Source: Nitrospirales bacterium (GTDB taxonomy: Bacteria; Nitrospirota; Nitrospiria; Nitrospirales; UBA8639). From it: a stretch of DNA of 64,000 nucleotides. Positions 1 to 11,282 of the stretch are shown here, in pieces. Below the pieces are notes generated by a model. The model did no database searches, was not told where the DNA came from, and was given only the letters and a program-made list of their open reading frames with translations. The translations under genes and the position numbers were made by a program. The number at the start of each line of letters is the position of its first letter. Within the stretch, counting starts at the first letter, position 1. The stretch is taken from assembly GCA_965203295.1 (NCBI GenBank), contig CBDBCZ010000018.1:64001-128000 (forward strand). The letters are read 5' to 3'.

Positions 1-2733
1 GGCTTCCTGTATACTCTCACCAATTTTGTTTGGTGCTACTATGCATGGTAGGCCTTCTTCAATAAACTTTGCTGCATCTGCACATCCATAGGCAAAATGT
101 GGCAGTACAGGGTGTGTGGTCTGAGTGAATACAGAGTCTCCCTCTTCAATAGCAGCATATAATGCAGCATTAGACTGCATACTGTATGAGGCTTTGTATA
201 GCTCTGTGAGGTTTTCTGTATTGTTTTGGTCCCATGCTTTCTGAAGGATTTGTTTCCTGTATTCTTTCAGGGTCTGGTCAAAGCCACCATATAGGCTGAA
301 TATGGGGAGTAGAAATGGGGCTGATTCACCCTCTACTTTTAGGTCAAAGTGTTTGTCTGTCCCAATGTCTGAGAAGAAGTTGACAGCAAGTTTGGACTTT
401 AGCTGGGTGGACCAGTAGTGCCAGTTACTGTGTATTTCAGGTACAGGGGTGTCTGGGTGTCTGTGACTCACAGTGGCTGCTGCTAGAAGCAGATCTTGCC
501 CCTGATCAAAGCTGTAGGTGAGGGTCTCTCCACTGATCTTGAGGCATGCTATCTGTGATTTTTTAAACTGTTGTCTAGTGGGTTTGGTGAGAGCTGAGAT
601 TGCCACCCCATGGTACATTTCTTGTAACCTCCACTTGGGAACAGCAAAGGCCCTGTTCACTGTATCAGGTGTTATTTGGTTTTGACAGATTTTGATTGAG
701 AGTTGTTCCTCTTGCTGTATCTTTGTCACTAACCACCAGAAAGGGGCCTCAATCTCATCTACGTCTCGCCTCACAGCTAGGAAGAGGGTCTGGGAGAGTA
801 ACTGTACACTCTGCCTGTCTAGGTAGAGGTTGCTACACTTATACCCATACAGGCACCTGATCCAGTTCTCACTCCATTTGTGTTTGACATATTGCAGTAT
901 CTTGGCATATGCTCTCTTAAACCTTCCTCTGAGTGCAGCTGTTTGCACCTCTCCAAGTATGTCTGACACACACTTATCTGTTGCTCCAGGGATAGGATAT
1001 TTGCTAGTGGGTGGTGGTTCAATGGCTGGCATCTGTGTCAGCATGCTAGTAGGGTAATATTCTCTGTGTATGTCAAGAGCTCTGAAGAACTGTTGGTGAA
1101 GGTTGGGGGTAGTAGGAATATTCCCAGAGAAGTGTTGGCCAGAGAGGGTGATATATATCACTCCATTTATGTGAGGGTTGTTTACCTCTGAGGCATTTAT
1201 AGCAGACCATTTGTTGTGACTCTTCAGAAAGGCTATGTATCCCTTAAGGTGACAGTATGCTTCCAGTTCAAATGTTGTCCCCCAGGACCCCTCACCCATG
1301 ACTTTCTGTAACTCTGTGTCTGCAGCCTTTGCTGATGTGTGGTGTATTTTACATTCAGAGTGATGTTGCATTATTTGGTTCTTAATCACTGGCCAATCAC
1401 TTACTTTGCCAGGTTGCATGACACCTTGTGGATGTTTGGACACAGCAATAGCTCTGTACAGGCAGTTTCCATCTGCTAATGTATTTATTGGTCTCAGGTG
1501 CTTCTGGATTTCTCGCAGTGTACCTCTGCCAGCCTTTTCTAGGCCATAGGTGATCATCACTTCTGGTTCTTCTGCAATAGAGGCCTGTTCTAGCTGTGAT
1601 GTTTCTATTTGTTGCTTGATGGTATTCTGGATGTTAGCAATGTCTGCCACTTTGGACAATAGGCTCTGTTCTTCCTCTTCATCTGAACTGTTGAGTTCCC
1701 CAACCTGCTCCAAGAGGCTTTCTCTTACTCTCTTAAGGATTGTGGGTGCAGCTCCCTTGGTGGGGGTAGATTGCATAGGGAGTGTCAGTTGCTTATGTCT
1801 CTTGACTGGTGTTGTAATACTTTCTGCATCACTTTCCTCTTGTCCTTCAGATTCACTAGAGTCTAGAATGAATGTCACCCTTTTCTTTGCTCTAGTAGGT
1901 GAGGGTGTTGGGGTGGATTGTGTACTTACCTCAGGTGAGGGTGTATAGATGCACCCATAGTTTAGCCCTGGGCTGTCAGGTGGAGTAGTGTTTGCTTGTG
2001 TGTCTGCTGTTTCCATCTGAAGCACTTCTGCTTTACTGTGGACTGGTGTTTGGTGTAGACCTTCATATTCAAATTGGGTTTGGAACTCCTCTCTGATCTG
2101 CTGTTGGTCTCTCACTGCCTGTTCAATAGCCTCTTGGTGCCACCTTTTCTCTGTGTTATATTGCACCTGCAATTCTAACCTCTGGACTGCTAGGCTGTGT
2201 TGGTATGCAGTGAACATTTCTTTTTCATAGCTGGTCATGTGTTGGTTGGTGGGTTTAGGGTGGTTTTTTTTGTATATTCTGTTGAATTGGGCCTGTGTTG
2301 AGTGGGCTTGAAAGATAGGTGGCCTAGGTGGTTTGTCTTTGTAGTGGTAGTCAGCTGCTTGTATTTGGTCTTGCATTGCTCTAAGCAAGGTATCCCTCCT
2401 TGTTAATCTCTCTCCCTGTGTTGAGCATTGAGTCCTCATTGGGGGTGTAATAGCTAGTGTGTGGGTAGGGGGGCTTCTTGGGGGTGCTGTGTAGAGTTGT
2501 GATATTGGAGGTGGGAGGGGTGGAGGTGTTTCTTCCATTGTTACATCACACATATTGGGGGGGTGCTTAATTGGTGGAGGGGTGCCTTGTTCAACTGATT
2601 CATCATTTATGAAATCTACCATAGACTCACTTGCACTGTTACTACTCTCTGTTTCTGATGTGCTATTGTGCTCTGCCTCTGTAAGAATAAACTCTGTGTG
2701 TTTGTGTGTGTGCATGTGTGCAGTGGTGTTCAT
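1..2733 (-). CDS. N-terminal part (Pro-rich region + OTU protease) of the replication protein, left-arm copy; 3' partial at the window edge
   Basis: ATG at 2733 mirrors 17543. This copy has CAG where the right arm has TAG (17981-17983), so the 146-aa and 861-aa ORFs are one frame here. Confidence 0.8.
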   Translation of the reverse strand, partial: MNTTAHMHTHKHTEFILTEAEHNSTSETESSNSASESMVDFINDESVEQGTPPPIKHPPNMCDVTMEETPPPLPPPISQLYTAPPRSPPTHTLAITPPMRTQCSTQGERLTRRDTLLRAMQDQIQAADYHYKDKPPRPPIFQAHSTQAQFNRIYKKNHPKPTNQHMTSYEKEMFTAYQHSLAVQRLELQVQYNTEKRWHQEAIEQAVRDQQQIREEFQTQFEYEGLHQTPVHSKAEVLQMETADTQANTTPPDSPGLNYGCIYTPSPEVSTQSTPTPSPTRAKKRVTFILDSSESEGQEESDAESITTPVKRHKQLTLPMQSTPTKGAAPTILKRVRESLLEQVGELNSSDEEEEQSLLSKVADIANIQNTIKQQIETSQLEQASIAEEPEVMITYGLEKAGRGTLREIQKHLRPINTLADGNCLYRAIAVSKHPQGVMQPGKVSDWPVIKNQIMQHHSECKIHHTSAKAADTELQKVMGEGSWGTTFELEAYCHLKGYIAFLKSHNKWSAINASEVNNPHINGVIYITLSGQHFSGNIPTTPNLHQQFFRALDIHREYYPTSMLTQMPAIEPPPTSKYPIPGATDKCVSDILGEVQTAALRGRFKRAYAKILQYVKHKWSENWIRCLYGYKCSNLYLDRQSVQLLSQTLFLAVRRDVDEIEAPFWWLVTKIQQEEQLSIKICQNQITPDTVNRAFAVPKWRLQEMYHGVAISALTKPTRQQFKKSQIACLKISGETLTYSFDQGQDLLLAAATVSHRHPDTPVPEIHSNWHYWSTQLKSKLAVNFFSDIGTDKHFDLKVEGESAPFLLPIFSLYGGFDQTLKEYRKQILQKAWDQNNTENLTELYKASYSMQSNAALYAAIEEGDSVFTQTTHPVLPHFAYGCADAAKFIEEGLPCIVAPNKIGESIQEA

Positions 2734-3348
2734 GTGTATCTCTGCAGGATGCTTTCAAGCTCTGTCTTAACTCTTTACCGACCGTAGACGCGTATACGCG
2801 TCTTCAATTAAATTTCACGTACGACCAAAGACGCGTATACGCGTCCGTAATACTCGCAGTACTGTTAACTACGGCACAGCGGCAGCGCTTACCTTGGGGC
2901 TTTCCCTACTGCCATAATCACATTCCTTATGAAGTAGACTTCCGCCTTTTGGAATGCAATCAAATCACGCAATACAAAAATAATGAATAAAAGCGGCATG
3001 AATATACACATGTTGCAGCTGTATCAACTGAGGCCACGCTCTGCAACAGGACTTACAACAGCTAGTAATCAGCTAATTCTCAGATTGTAGACACAGTCTA
3101 GATGGCTTCTGGTGGTTGTAGTTACACTGTTGAGGAGGTCTGCAACTTGATTGGAGGGGATGATGGCGATCAAGAGTTTCTGTTCCCAGGAAGCGATGAT
3201 GATTTCGGGATGAGCGACCTAGAGCCAGACTCCGATGCCCTAGACAAAGAGCAAGGTAAATAAATAAAAAAAAAAACACATGTAGAAAGAAATAGTTACT
3301 GTGAACACTATCCTATAGGCAGGTCCCCATCACCAGAAGCGCCCTCTA

Positions 3349-5775
3349 ATGAAACAACACCTGAGGCCCACCTATCCGATCCCACTTCAAGCAGTGAGAG
3401 CGAGGGAGAACAAGGTAAGCTTACTGGTCAGAGACAGGACACAGAAAACTTACACCAGTTACATCCATCTTGTAGAGAGTTCACAGACACCACCCTCTGG
3501 AGGAGCCCAAGGAGGGCGAGGTCTTCGAAGTGGGCGAGAATTCCAACGAACCCCAGGAGCCCGAGGAGGGTGTGGAACCCCAGGCGGGCGAGGAGCCCGA
3601 GGAGCACCAGGAGCCCGAGGACCCCCAGGCGGGCGTGGAACCCCAGGAGCCCGAGGAGGGCGTGGAACCCCAGGAGCCCGAGGAGGGCGTGGAACCCCAG
3701 GCGGTCGAGGAGGGCGTGGAACCCCAGGCGGTCGAGGAGCCCGAGGAGCCCCAGGAGCCCGAGGAACCCCAGGCGGGCGTGGAACCCCAGGAGCCCGAGG
3801 AGAGCGTGGAACTCCAGGCGGGCGAGGAGCCCGAGGAGCCCGAGGAGAGCGTGGAACCCCAGGCAGGCGAGGAACCCCAGGAGGGCGACGGGCACGAGGG
3901 CGAGGATGTATTCAAAACCAGCCTGAAGAGAGAGAGAGTGATTGGTCAGATGTACCTAGTGAGGTAGTAGTCGAGCCATTTGACCAACAAGTTGGCCCAA
4001 CCTTCTCCACCAGCTCTGATCCCACTGAGATGTTTCTCGCATTTCTTACGCCGGAGCTGATCGACCACGTTGTCTTGGAGACGAATCGGTATGCCTCTCT
4101 TTGCCTTCGTTCCAGCCACACTGGCGATGGTCCGGTCCCTCAATGGGAGACAGACAGAGATGAGATGAAGGCTTACTTTGGGTTCTCCATTCTGATGGGA
4201 ATAAACAAGCTCCCTGACCTCTACGACTACTGGTCGACAGATGAAGCACTCCATTACATCCCGGTGGCATCGCGGATTTCCAGAAAGCGCTTCCTTGAGA
4301 TCCAGAGTTTCCTCCATTTTGCCAACAATGACAGCATTGTCAACAGGGGTGAACCCGGATTTGATCGGTTGGCCAAAGTACGTCCAGTCATCAATGCAGT
4401 GCGTCAGTCCTTCTTGGCCAATTATGAGCCTCACAAGGAGAACAGTGTCGATGAGGCCATGATTAAGTACAAAGGGCGCTCGGCGATGAAGCAGTACCTT
4501 CCAATGAAGCCGATAAAGCGTGGCTTTAAAGTGTGGGTGCGTGCTGACAGTCGAAATGGGTACATGTGCGATCTCGATGTATACACTGGGAAGGACGACT
4601 CCACCGAACGACACCTCGGGTCGAAGGTCGTCAAGCAGCTGTGCAGGCCACTAGAGGGTGCGAGATACCACATATACTTTGACAACTTCTTCTCCACCCT
4701 CGACCTCTTCGATGACCTCCTGCAAGATGGCCTGTACGCCTGTGGCACCTTCCGGAAAGACCGGAAGGGTATCCCTGCTGCCATCAGTGGGGTCCGTGCA
4801 GGTATTATTAATAACCAGTAGCACTCCTAACACCCACGTAATATGTTGGTATGTCTTGCATGGCCCGGGGGAGGTCATACTGTGTTGTAATCTGTAGGAG
4901 CATTCTGGAAATAATGGTAAAAGAATACATGTAAGAAACAGTAACTACACACACACAGTGGATAGGTTCTCTCTGCACGATAATAAAATTGTGCTTGTTA
5001 TCAATTTCATTCTCGTGTGGAGAGTGGCTGAGATAAGGCTGAATTACAACACTTCTGTACTCGTAACAATGCAGGAGACTTGGAGAGGGGAGACTATGTC
5101 TTCAGGCAGCGGGAGAACCTAGTTCTGAGTGTGTGGCAGGACAAAAAGCCAGTCTACGTCATGTCGACTAACTCCCAGCCGAATGAGAGTGCCACAGTGA
5201 GACGGCGGAATCGTGACAGCACCACCCAGCAAGTACCATGTCCCCCGAGCGTAGTAGCCTACAATAAGTTCATGGGCGGGGTAGACAAGTCCGACCAGCT
5301 ACGACACTACTACCCAGTCCGGTGCAAGACCAGAAAATTCTATAGATACATCTTCTGGTTTTTGTTCGACAGCTGTAGCGTCAACGCCTTTATCCTGATC
5401 CGGAACTTCCAGCCGGTCACAGATTCTACCATCCGGCAGATAACCCTCAAGAACTTCAGATTGAAGTTGGCAGAGGGCCTGATTGGGCCGTACAACTCTC
5501 GCCATCGCTACTCCCTCCCAGCACCTGTCAGAGCTCTAGCACTGAACTGCGGACCTGCAGCCAAGCGCCGAAGAACAGGTGCAGACTCCACTGGTGGGCA
5601 CTACCCAGTAAGGCTCCCCAAACGCAGCAAGTGCGCTTACTGCTCCAATGTGAAACAGAGGAGATTCGATTCTTATGTCTGGTGTAGGCAGTGCGGGAAA
5701 GCCCTTTGTGTGGCTATACGTGACTCCCCAGACGGTCCCTCATGCTTTGAGCGCTACCACACGGAGTATCTGTGA
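3349..5775 (+). CDS. piggyBac transposase (PGBD4-like), spliced; intron 4802-5074; further 5' exons likely
   Basis: DDD motifs [22 protein letters not shown]-terminal Cys-rich domain [19 protein letters not shown]; the GT-AG intron joins the 490-aa and 231-aa ORFs in frame. Confidence 0.9.
3548..3885 (+). repeat. GC-rich coding minisatellite (9/27-nt units) encoding an RG-rich tract of the PB1 transposase
   Basis: Repeated ccccaggagcccgaggagggcgtggaa-type units; the frame continuous with the transposase reads GTPGARGGR. Confidence 0.85.
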
Positions 5776-6238
5776 AACTCATCTCTACCGTACACGACAT
5801 TTTTTTGCTATATTATTCCTTGTATATGAGACACGTTCAACACTTCTATTCACCACAGGCATACTTATGTGCCCTCTGCAACACTAGAATCCCTCCACCC
5901 TGGCACTCCTAAGGGGTGCCTCACGCAAAGAGCGAGTTTTTCGTAGTAAAATAACTAATACAAACTTCATATCATTGACTGACCTCGTCATTCCAGAAGC
6001 GCGCGACTTGTCGTTGTCATCTCGCTATCCTTGCGTCTTAGATCAGCAGTTTCATTCCCGGTAGTGTTGCTCTGTCAAGTCTGCTGTCGGTTTGTCGCAA
6101 CTTGTCACTATAAAAGTCCTACCGATCTCGAGTGGCAACGCGACAAAGCCAGGGGCATCATTCGCACGTGTTTGCGTAAAACTTATTACGGTCACATGCC
6201 AACTCGCGTGCGTTTCGGTATGGTCGGTAAAGAGTTAA

Positions 6239-8498
6239 GCTCTCCACAACTCTTGGCAACTCTAGAAAGAGTTGTCTTGACTGGACCTGTGTGGGGTGTG
6301 AGGTGTAGTGATGTGAGGGTAGGGTTCCCCTCTCTCACAGCACACCTGCACCCACTGTCTATCACTTTCTGTAGGTACTCTACTAAGTGCCCTTGTAACA
6401 CATGTGTACATTTAGAGGCTATTTCATTTGCCCCACATGCCTTTGATAGTCTCTTCAAATTAGCTCTGGAGATTATGTGCTCACCTGGTATTTTGGCAGG
6501 CTGTTTCTCCTCCTTCTTTGCTGGTTTCTTGGTGGGTGTCTTGGTGCCCTTTTTGGGTTTAGCTTTAGATGCTTGTTTGGGGCTCTTGGGTGCTGGTGTT
6601 TGGGCTCTTACTGCTCTGAGTGTTTGTTGTGCATCTTTAGCAGCCTTCTCAGCCTTTTTAGCTGCTGCTTGTGCTGCCCTCTTGGCCTTTTCAGCCTTAG
6701 ACAGTTTCCTGGGGGGAAAGGGGCAGGGTTAGTGGAATGTTAGGTGTCAGATGGGGAATGTGTTTTTGAGGAGTGTGCTTTGGGGAATGGGTTTTGGGGA
6801 ATGTCTTTTTGCTTTTGGGGAATGTCTTTTTGCTTTTGGGGAAGGTCTAAATTGCATTTGGGGAGTGTCTATTTTTGGGGAATGTAACAGTGCTTACCTT
6901 TTTTTGCTAGGGTGCTCTGACTCTCCTTCAGCATCTGTTTCTTGAGCCACATCACTCTCAATATCTGTGTCTGCACCTGTAGGTGTCTTGTGTGTTCCCC
7001 TAGACCGGGATTGGCTCCTTGTAATTCTTGGTGTAGGTGTAGGCTTTGGTGTTTGGGTCCTTTTCCTTTTGTTTGGGGCACCACTGACTTTTTTGGTAGG
7101 TATGTTGTTTCCCTTTACAAGGGCCTGACCAATATCTGTTGGGTAGTACTGTATTAACTCTGCTGTGAGTGGGTCACCTGCATTTTCTTTAAATGCAGCA
7201 TATTTCCCCCCAAACAATGCTGTCAGAGCCTGATGTGTGAGTGAGGTGCTGTCTGCTGGGGTGGGGTCTCCATCACTATAGTGGCCTATCACTCTCTGTA
7301 CTGTGTGGCTAGTTAGCTCAGCTCTCACAGCAGTGAGTAGGGTTTGTGTGTCATACACAACAGACTGTCCACTTGACTGAGTGATTGTGACAGACCTAAT
7401 CTTTGATTGTACTGGGGTCATGTCTCCAATAATGGTATTGGGTGAAATATTGGTTAGCATGTTTCTCAGGTCACAGCCATATTTAACAGCTGTAGTACCA
7501 GCAGGGGTGTTGGGGGGTTTGGCTGGATAGTTGTGTGCCCTTGTATGGGTGTCTACAAGTTCTTTCCACATAGTTTGTGACTCTGATGCCACAGATTTGG
7601 GTGTGTGCCCAAGGGGGGTTTCAGAACTCGGGATAGGCATATATCTGGCTGTTGGGCATTTGGGGCACACAATTTGGGCAAACCCAGGCAGTGGTTGATC
7701 AGGTATATTGAGGTATATATGTGCACAGAGCTCTGTGTGGCTACTCACTGCAGCTTTGTGCACTGGGGCTTTACACACTGGACACTGACCATACTGCTCT
7801 GAGAGTGGTTGAAGCCTAGGTGGTATCTGAGCAAGTGTCACAGTGTATTGGGGGGTTGTAAACTGACAGTAGAAGGCATGGAGTGCCAGTGTTTGGGCCT
7901 TTGTTCCAACTCCAGCAAACCCTTGGGCAACTATGCCCTTGTTACAACTGGGGCAAGGTGTGCTTTGTGTAGCACCTTTGGATATTGGGGTGAGGGATGT
8001 CTTGAGTGCGACTCCTGCTAGTGTGAGGCTGTAGGTGTGGCATTGGAAGCCCAACCCCCATTCAGAGGGTTGGCTGTGACTGAGCATAGCCAGAGAGGCC
8101 CCCCTGGTGTTGGCATGGACCCTCACAAACTCTTGTATTATGGATGGCCACCCATACAGAACACTGTCTACTTGGTCTTGCTTTGAGGGCTCTGTACCCT
8201 TGCAATAAGGGATGATGCCTGCGTGTCCCAGTGCGCACATACTTTCACTGTCTAAATCTACCCAAGCCAGAGTTGAAGCACAGTGTAACTGTGCTTTAGA
8301 TATTTGGCCAGATGCTCTGTATTGGGCATAAAGGGCACTTATTGCTGAGGGGTTAATGGCTTCAGGGGTAGTGTTTGTGCGCATTGCCATCTGATATAGC
8401 AGCTCAGCTAGTCTCCCAGCTGTGGGTTTCTTCCCTAATGCTCTCTGACCCGTTGCTACAAAGGTAGACTCTGCACTTACTGGTGGTTTGTGTGCCAT
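6239..8498 (-). CDS. Zinc-finger / Lys-Ala-rich / H4-like histone-fold protein, left copy (intron 6709-6897); last codons cut off by PB1
   Basis: Mirror of 15267-17509 with the same splice sites. Confidence 0.75.
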
Positions 8499-8500
8499 GA

Positions 8501-8791
8501 TCACTGGAGGAGGTCTGTAGATTGGTTTGTGACTGTATCTGTAGCTGTGACCCCAACGAGTGTTGTCTCGCAGATTCCACTGCGCTTCCACTTTCTGCTG
8601 GCGATTTGTAGCCGGGTTTCGCTCCTGACAGTTATTCTAGTCTCTCCAGCGCGCAGGGTAGTTATATAGTAGCCTCCTTGCTGTGTAGTGATAGCTATAT
8701 TAGCTGCACTCGCTGTTTGAACAGTAACTGTGTCTATAGCTACCTTTCTAGCAGATTTAACTGCAGGAAGGTTCTGTACAGATGCACTCAT
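8501..8791 (-). CDS. 96-aa orphan protein of the element (intact copy)
   Basis: ATG-started, lies downstream of TATA/CCAAT/Inr-like motifs and stops 2 nt before the zinc-finger gene ATG. Confidence 0.55.
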   Translation of the reverse strand: MSASVQNLPAVKSARKVAIDTVTVQTASAANIAITTQQGGYYITTLRAGETRITVRSETRLQIASRKWKRSGICETTLVGVTATDTVTNQSTDLLQ

Positions 8792-9276
8792 AGTGCAAAA
8801 TGTAACTGATCTCTAGCCTGAAGTTGCTTTTTTTGTACTTGGCTGGAGTGATTTGGTTGGTCAGTTGTGTATTAGCCAATCATGTTACAGGTGTGTGCGC
8901 GCCTTTTTAGGTACTATCTCTCATTAGATCTAGTGGTTTATGGCTGCGCGCCTTTATAGATGATATTCACACAGTTCTCGCACGAGATGTCAATATTTTT
9001 GTGCCACACCCATGGGGTGATTTAGTGTGGGTGTGGCAAGAGGAATGTGTGGTGGGGGAATGTTGGGGAATGTATGGTGGGGAGTCTGTGGGGAATGTCT
9101 ATGGGGAATGTATCTCGTGACAGCACGCGTGCTCTGTGAATGTCGTTGTGGAGATGGGGAATGTATGTGATTCCCTTTTTGAGGGCGTAATACCAGGAAG
9201 TGTATATTACGCCTAAAGTGGGGAATGTGGGAATGTGTTTTATTGAGAGGAAAGAGGCTGGGTCATTAGCATAAGC
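8792..9276. promoter_or_regulatory. Bidirectional control region, left copy (mirror of 14489-14973)
   Basis: Lies between divergent genes; repeated GGGGAATG motifs and a 9-bp stem-loop. Confidence 0.55.
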
Positions 9277-9603
9277 ATGAAGTTGCCTCTGAAGCGCTTG
9301 GTGAATGCCTCAACGAGAGCTCATGGTGTTAAATGCAGTGCTGCTGCACTCAGAGATTTGTCAGGCATTCTACACACCCATCTCTGCCTTGTATTATCTG
9401 TGGCTGTTAGAATGTGTGAGCATAGAGGTGGCAAGAGAATATCTCTTAAAGATATAGAAGCAGCATGCGATATACACAGTGGTAAGTACAGAACTCAATA
9501 TGAGTTAGATGTGTCCATTAATACTTCTTCTTTCTTGTTTTTCAGGACTTTGCTGAGGCCAGTTGTCTCAAGTGTCTGGAAGTGTCTGAATGCTCTAGTG
9601 TAG
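9277..9603 (+). CDS. Divergent tailless histone H3-like fold protein
   Basis: KLPLKRLV..SAAALRDL..HRGGKRISLKDIEAA parallels H3 KLPFQRLV..SSAVMAL..HAKRVTIMPKDIQLA; also resembles archaeal-type histones. Possible donor G|GTAAGT at 9482. Confidence 0.75.
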   Translation: MKLPLKRLVNASTRAHGVKCSAAALRDLSGILHTHLCLVLSVAVRMCEHRGGKRISLKDIEAACDIHSGKYRTQYELDVSINTSSFLFFRTLLRPVVSSVWKCLNALV

Positions 9604-10856
9604 AGATCACATTTCTGTTGTGGTGTTTGTGCACTGTACTCTGCTTCTGACATGTACAGGTCCTCGATATTTTTGAAATCTGAAGGGTTGGCTAGATGCA
9701 GGGAAGGGATCAGTGCCTGGTTTATGTATGGCTTGCTCTCATCAGACTGTATGTGTGTGAGTTCAGAAGGGAGTGGCTTTTCCTTCCACTGGAGAACGTG
9801 GAATGCTCCATCATTGTAAACGAGGTGGTACTGTTGAGAAGAAACCCTGCTCCACTTCCAATCTAGTGATTTGGGAAACTTTATCTTAGTGGCAGCATAA
9901 TACTGGGCATTTGGTATCTTTACTCTCTGTATTTTCACCTCAATTGTGACACCCATTGGTGCTCTCACTTTGGGAGACATGACTTGGGTGTATTTGGGGT
10001 CGTCAGCTTGGACATATACGATGGGCCCAGGCATTGCTTCGAGGAGTGCAAGTGTGTAGATGGTATTTTGTGGCATAACTATGTTTGTCAGTCGCTTAAC
10101 CTCTGGTGCTGTGACAGCAGTCATGCTCAGGTCACAATCTAGGTAGTAATGTGCTGCTTTGTGCTCTCCCTCACCAGTGGTGACCTCAGCGACTTGCATT
10201 AGGGCAGTAGCCACCTGGTAATCTCGCCTGGCCAGGAATTCAGGCTTGTATTCTGTGAGAGAAGTGTAGATCTTCTGGAAAGGGGCTATGTCACTCTCTG
10301 GGACTACAGACTTGGTGGCTGTCTGTTCTTCAGCGATTACCTTCTCGATTGCTTTAGCAGATGAAACAAGTTCGATAGAGACTTTGGCAGTGACTCCCCT
10401 ACTAGCAACAGTAACGTACACTGAAATGCCGTAATATTGGCTCTTCACACCGTTTAGTACCTGTACTGTCCGCGCAGCTGGAACAGCAATGTAACATCCA
10501 GGCCTGTGGAGCACTGGTGGTGTAAGGGTGATTTTCAATTCGCGAGCAACAGTGCAGTTGACTGCATCAGCGGCTGTATCGTAGGATGGTTCAGCTTGAG
10601 CTGCATACTTCAATAAGTCAATGCCATCAAACACTGACCACTCCTTTCCTTCTTCAGGGGGTGTTAGCAGAGTGGCATACGTCACTACGTCTTCTGGTTC
10701 TCCGTCTGGGTAACAGTCGACTTGGGTACCCCAACACATCCCTTTAAACTTAGGAACAGTAGGTTTGGTTACTTGTTTAAGAGTAGCAACAGTAGGATTT
10801 GGGGGGGTTGGAGTAGGTGTCGCCATTTTATCAATTAAACAATAATTATACTTCAT
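9495..10856 (-). CDS. 453-aa orphan protein (candidate virion protein), left copy
   Basis: Long ORF, intact in two copies; ATGA overlap with the upstream 103-aa gene. Confidence 0.7.
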   Translation of the reverse strand: MKYNYCLIDKMATPTPTPPNPTVATLKQVTKPTVPKFKGMCWGTQVDCYPDGEPEDVVTYATLLTPPEEGKEWSVFDGIDLLKYAAQAEPSYDTAADAVNCTVARELKITLTPPVLHRPGCYIAVPAARTVQVLNGVKSQYYGISVYVTVASRGVTAKVSIELVSSAKAIEKVIAEEQTATKSVVPESDIAPFQKIYTSLTEYKPEFLARRDYQVATALMQVAEVTTGEGEHKAAHYYLDCDLSMTAVTAPEVKRLTNIVMPQNTIYTLALLEAMPGPIVYVQADDPKYTQVMSPKVRAPMGVTIEVKIQRVKIPNAQYYAATKIKFPKSLDWKWSRVSSQQYHLVYNDGAFHVLQWKEKPLPSELTHIQSDESKPYINQALIPSLHLANPSDFKNIEDLYMSEAEYSAQTPQQKCDLYTRAFRHFQTLETTGLSKVLKNKKEEVLMDTSNSY

Positions 10857-11164
10857 TTGATCATGTGACTAGTGTAAAAGATAATCTTCCTGCGCTCCAA
10901 AGGTCCATAATGTAGCATTAGGCCTTTTCCAGTTATAGTGTACATCTGCGCTCTTGTTCCAGTCAGCCAATCGCGCATACACTCAGGGATGTGGATGGGT
11001 GCCTTGCTGTAGCCAGAATATAGTGTCTCAGTAATCAGTTTCTGCCCGGCAAACACAACAGTGAGACTCTCCTTTGGATATGTCAGCAGTGCGTAGATCT
11101 GTCCTTTAGCCTCAAGAGCCCGCAGGAAGACGTCAGTGTCAGCCTTTATGTACCCAACAGCCAT
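10853..11164 (-). CDS. 103-aa orphan protein
   Basis: Good start context (AAAATGG); present in three copies; stop overlaps the next ATG. Confidence 0.6.
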   Translation of the reverse strand: MAVGYIKADTDVFLRALEAKGQIYALLTYPKESLTVVFAGQKLITETLYSGYSKAPIHIPECMRDWLTGTRAQMYTITGKGLMLHYGPLERRKIIFYTSHMIK

Positions 11165-11282
11165 TTTACCAGATATTTATCAGAGAATCTTTAATAACAG
11201 CTCATACATATGTATACTTCTACTACACTAACTACACTACACAATAGGGAGTCTCTGTCTCTCTCTCTCTCTGTTCTGCTCT

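Larger units (their letters stand above)
2771..6234 (+). mobile_element. piggyBac DNA transposon PB1
   Basis: TTAA at 2767-2770 and 6235-6238; 13-bp perfect TIR CTCTTTACCGACC; the empty TTAA site is visible in the other arm at 17506-17509. Confidence 0.95.

Noticed and set aside
3530..3967. Glu/Pro-rich 145-aa ORF and the other overlapping ORFs on both strands
   Set aside because: Shadow frames of a stop-free minisatellite; only the RG frame is continuous with the transposase.
6031..6732. Hydrophobic 233-aa ORF (and its mirror 17012-17608) as a membrane protein
   Set aside because: Antisense shadow of the Lys/Ala-rich histone exon; it also crosses the piggyBac boundary.
9277..9603. Canonical host histone gene
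   Set aside because: No N-terminal tail, very divergent, and embedded in each copy of the element; no gene symbol assigned.
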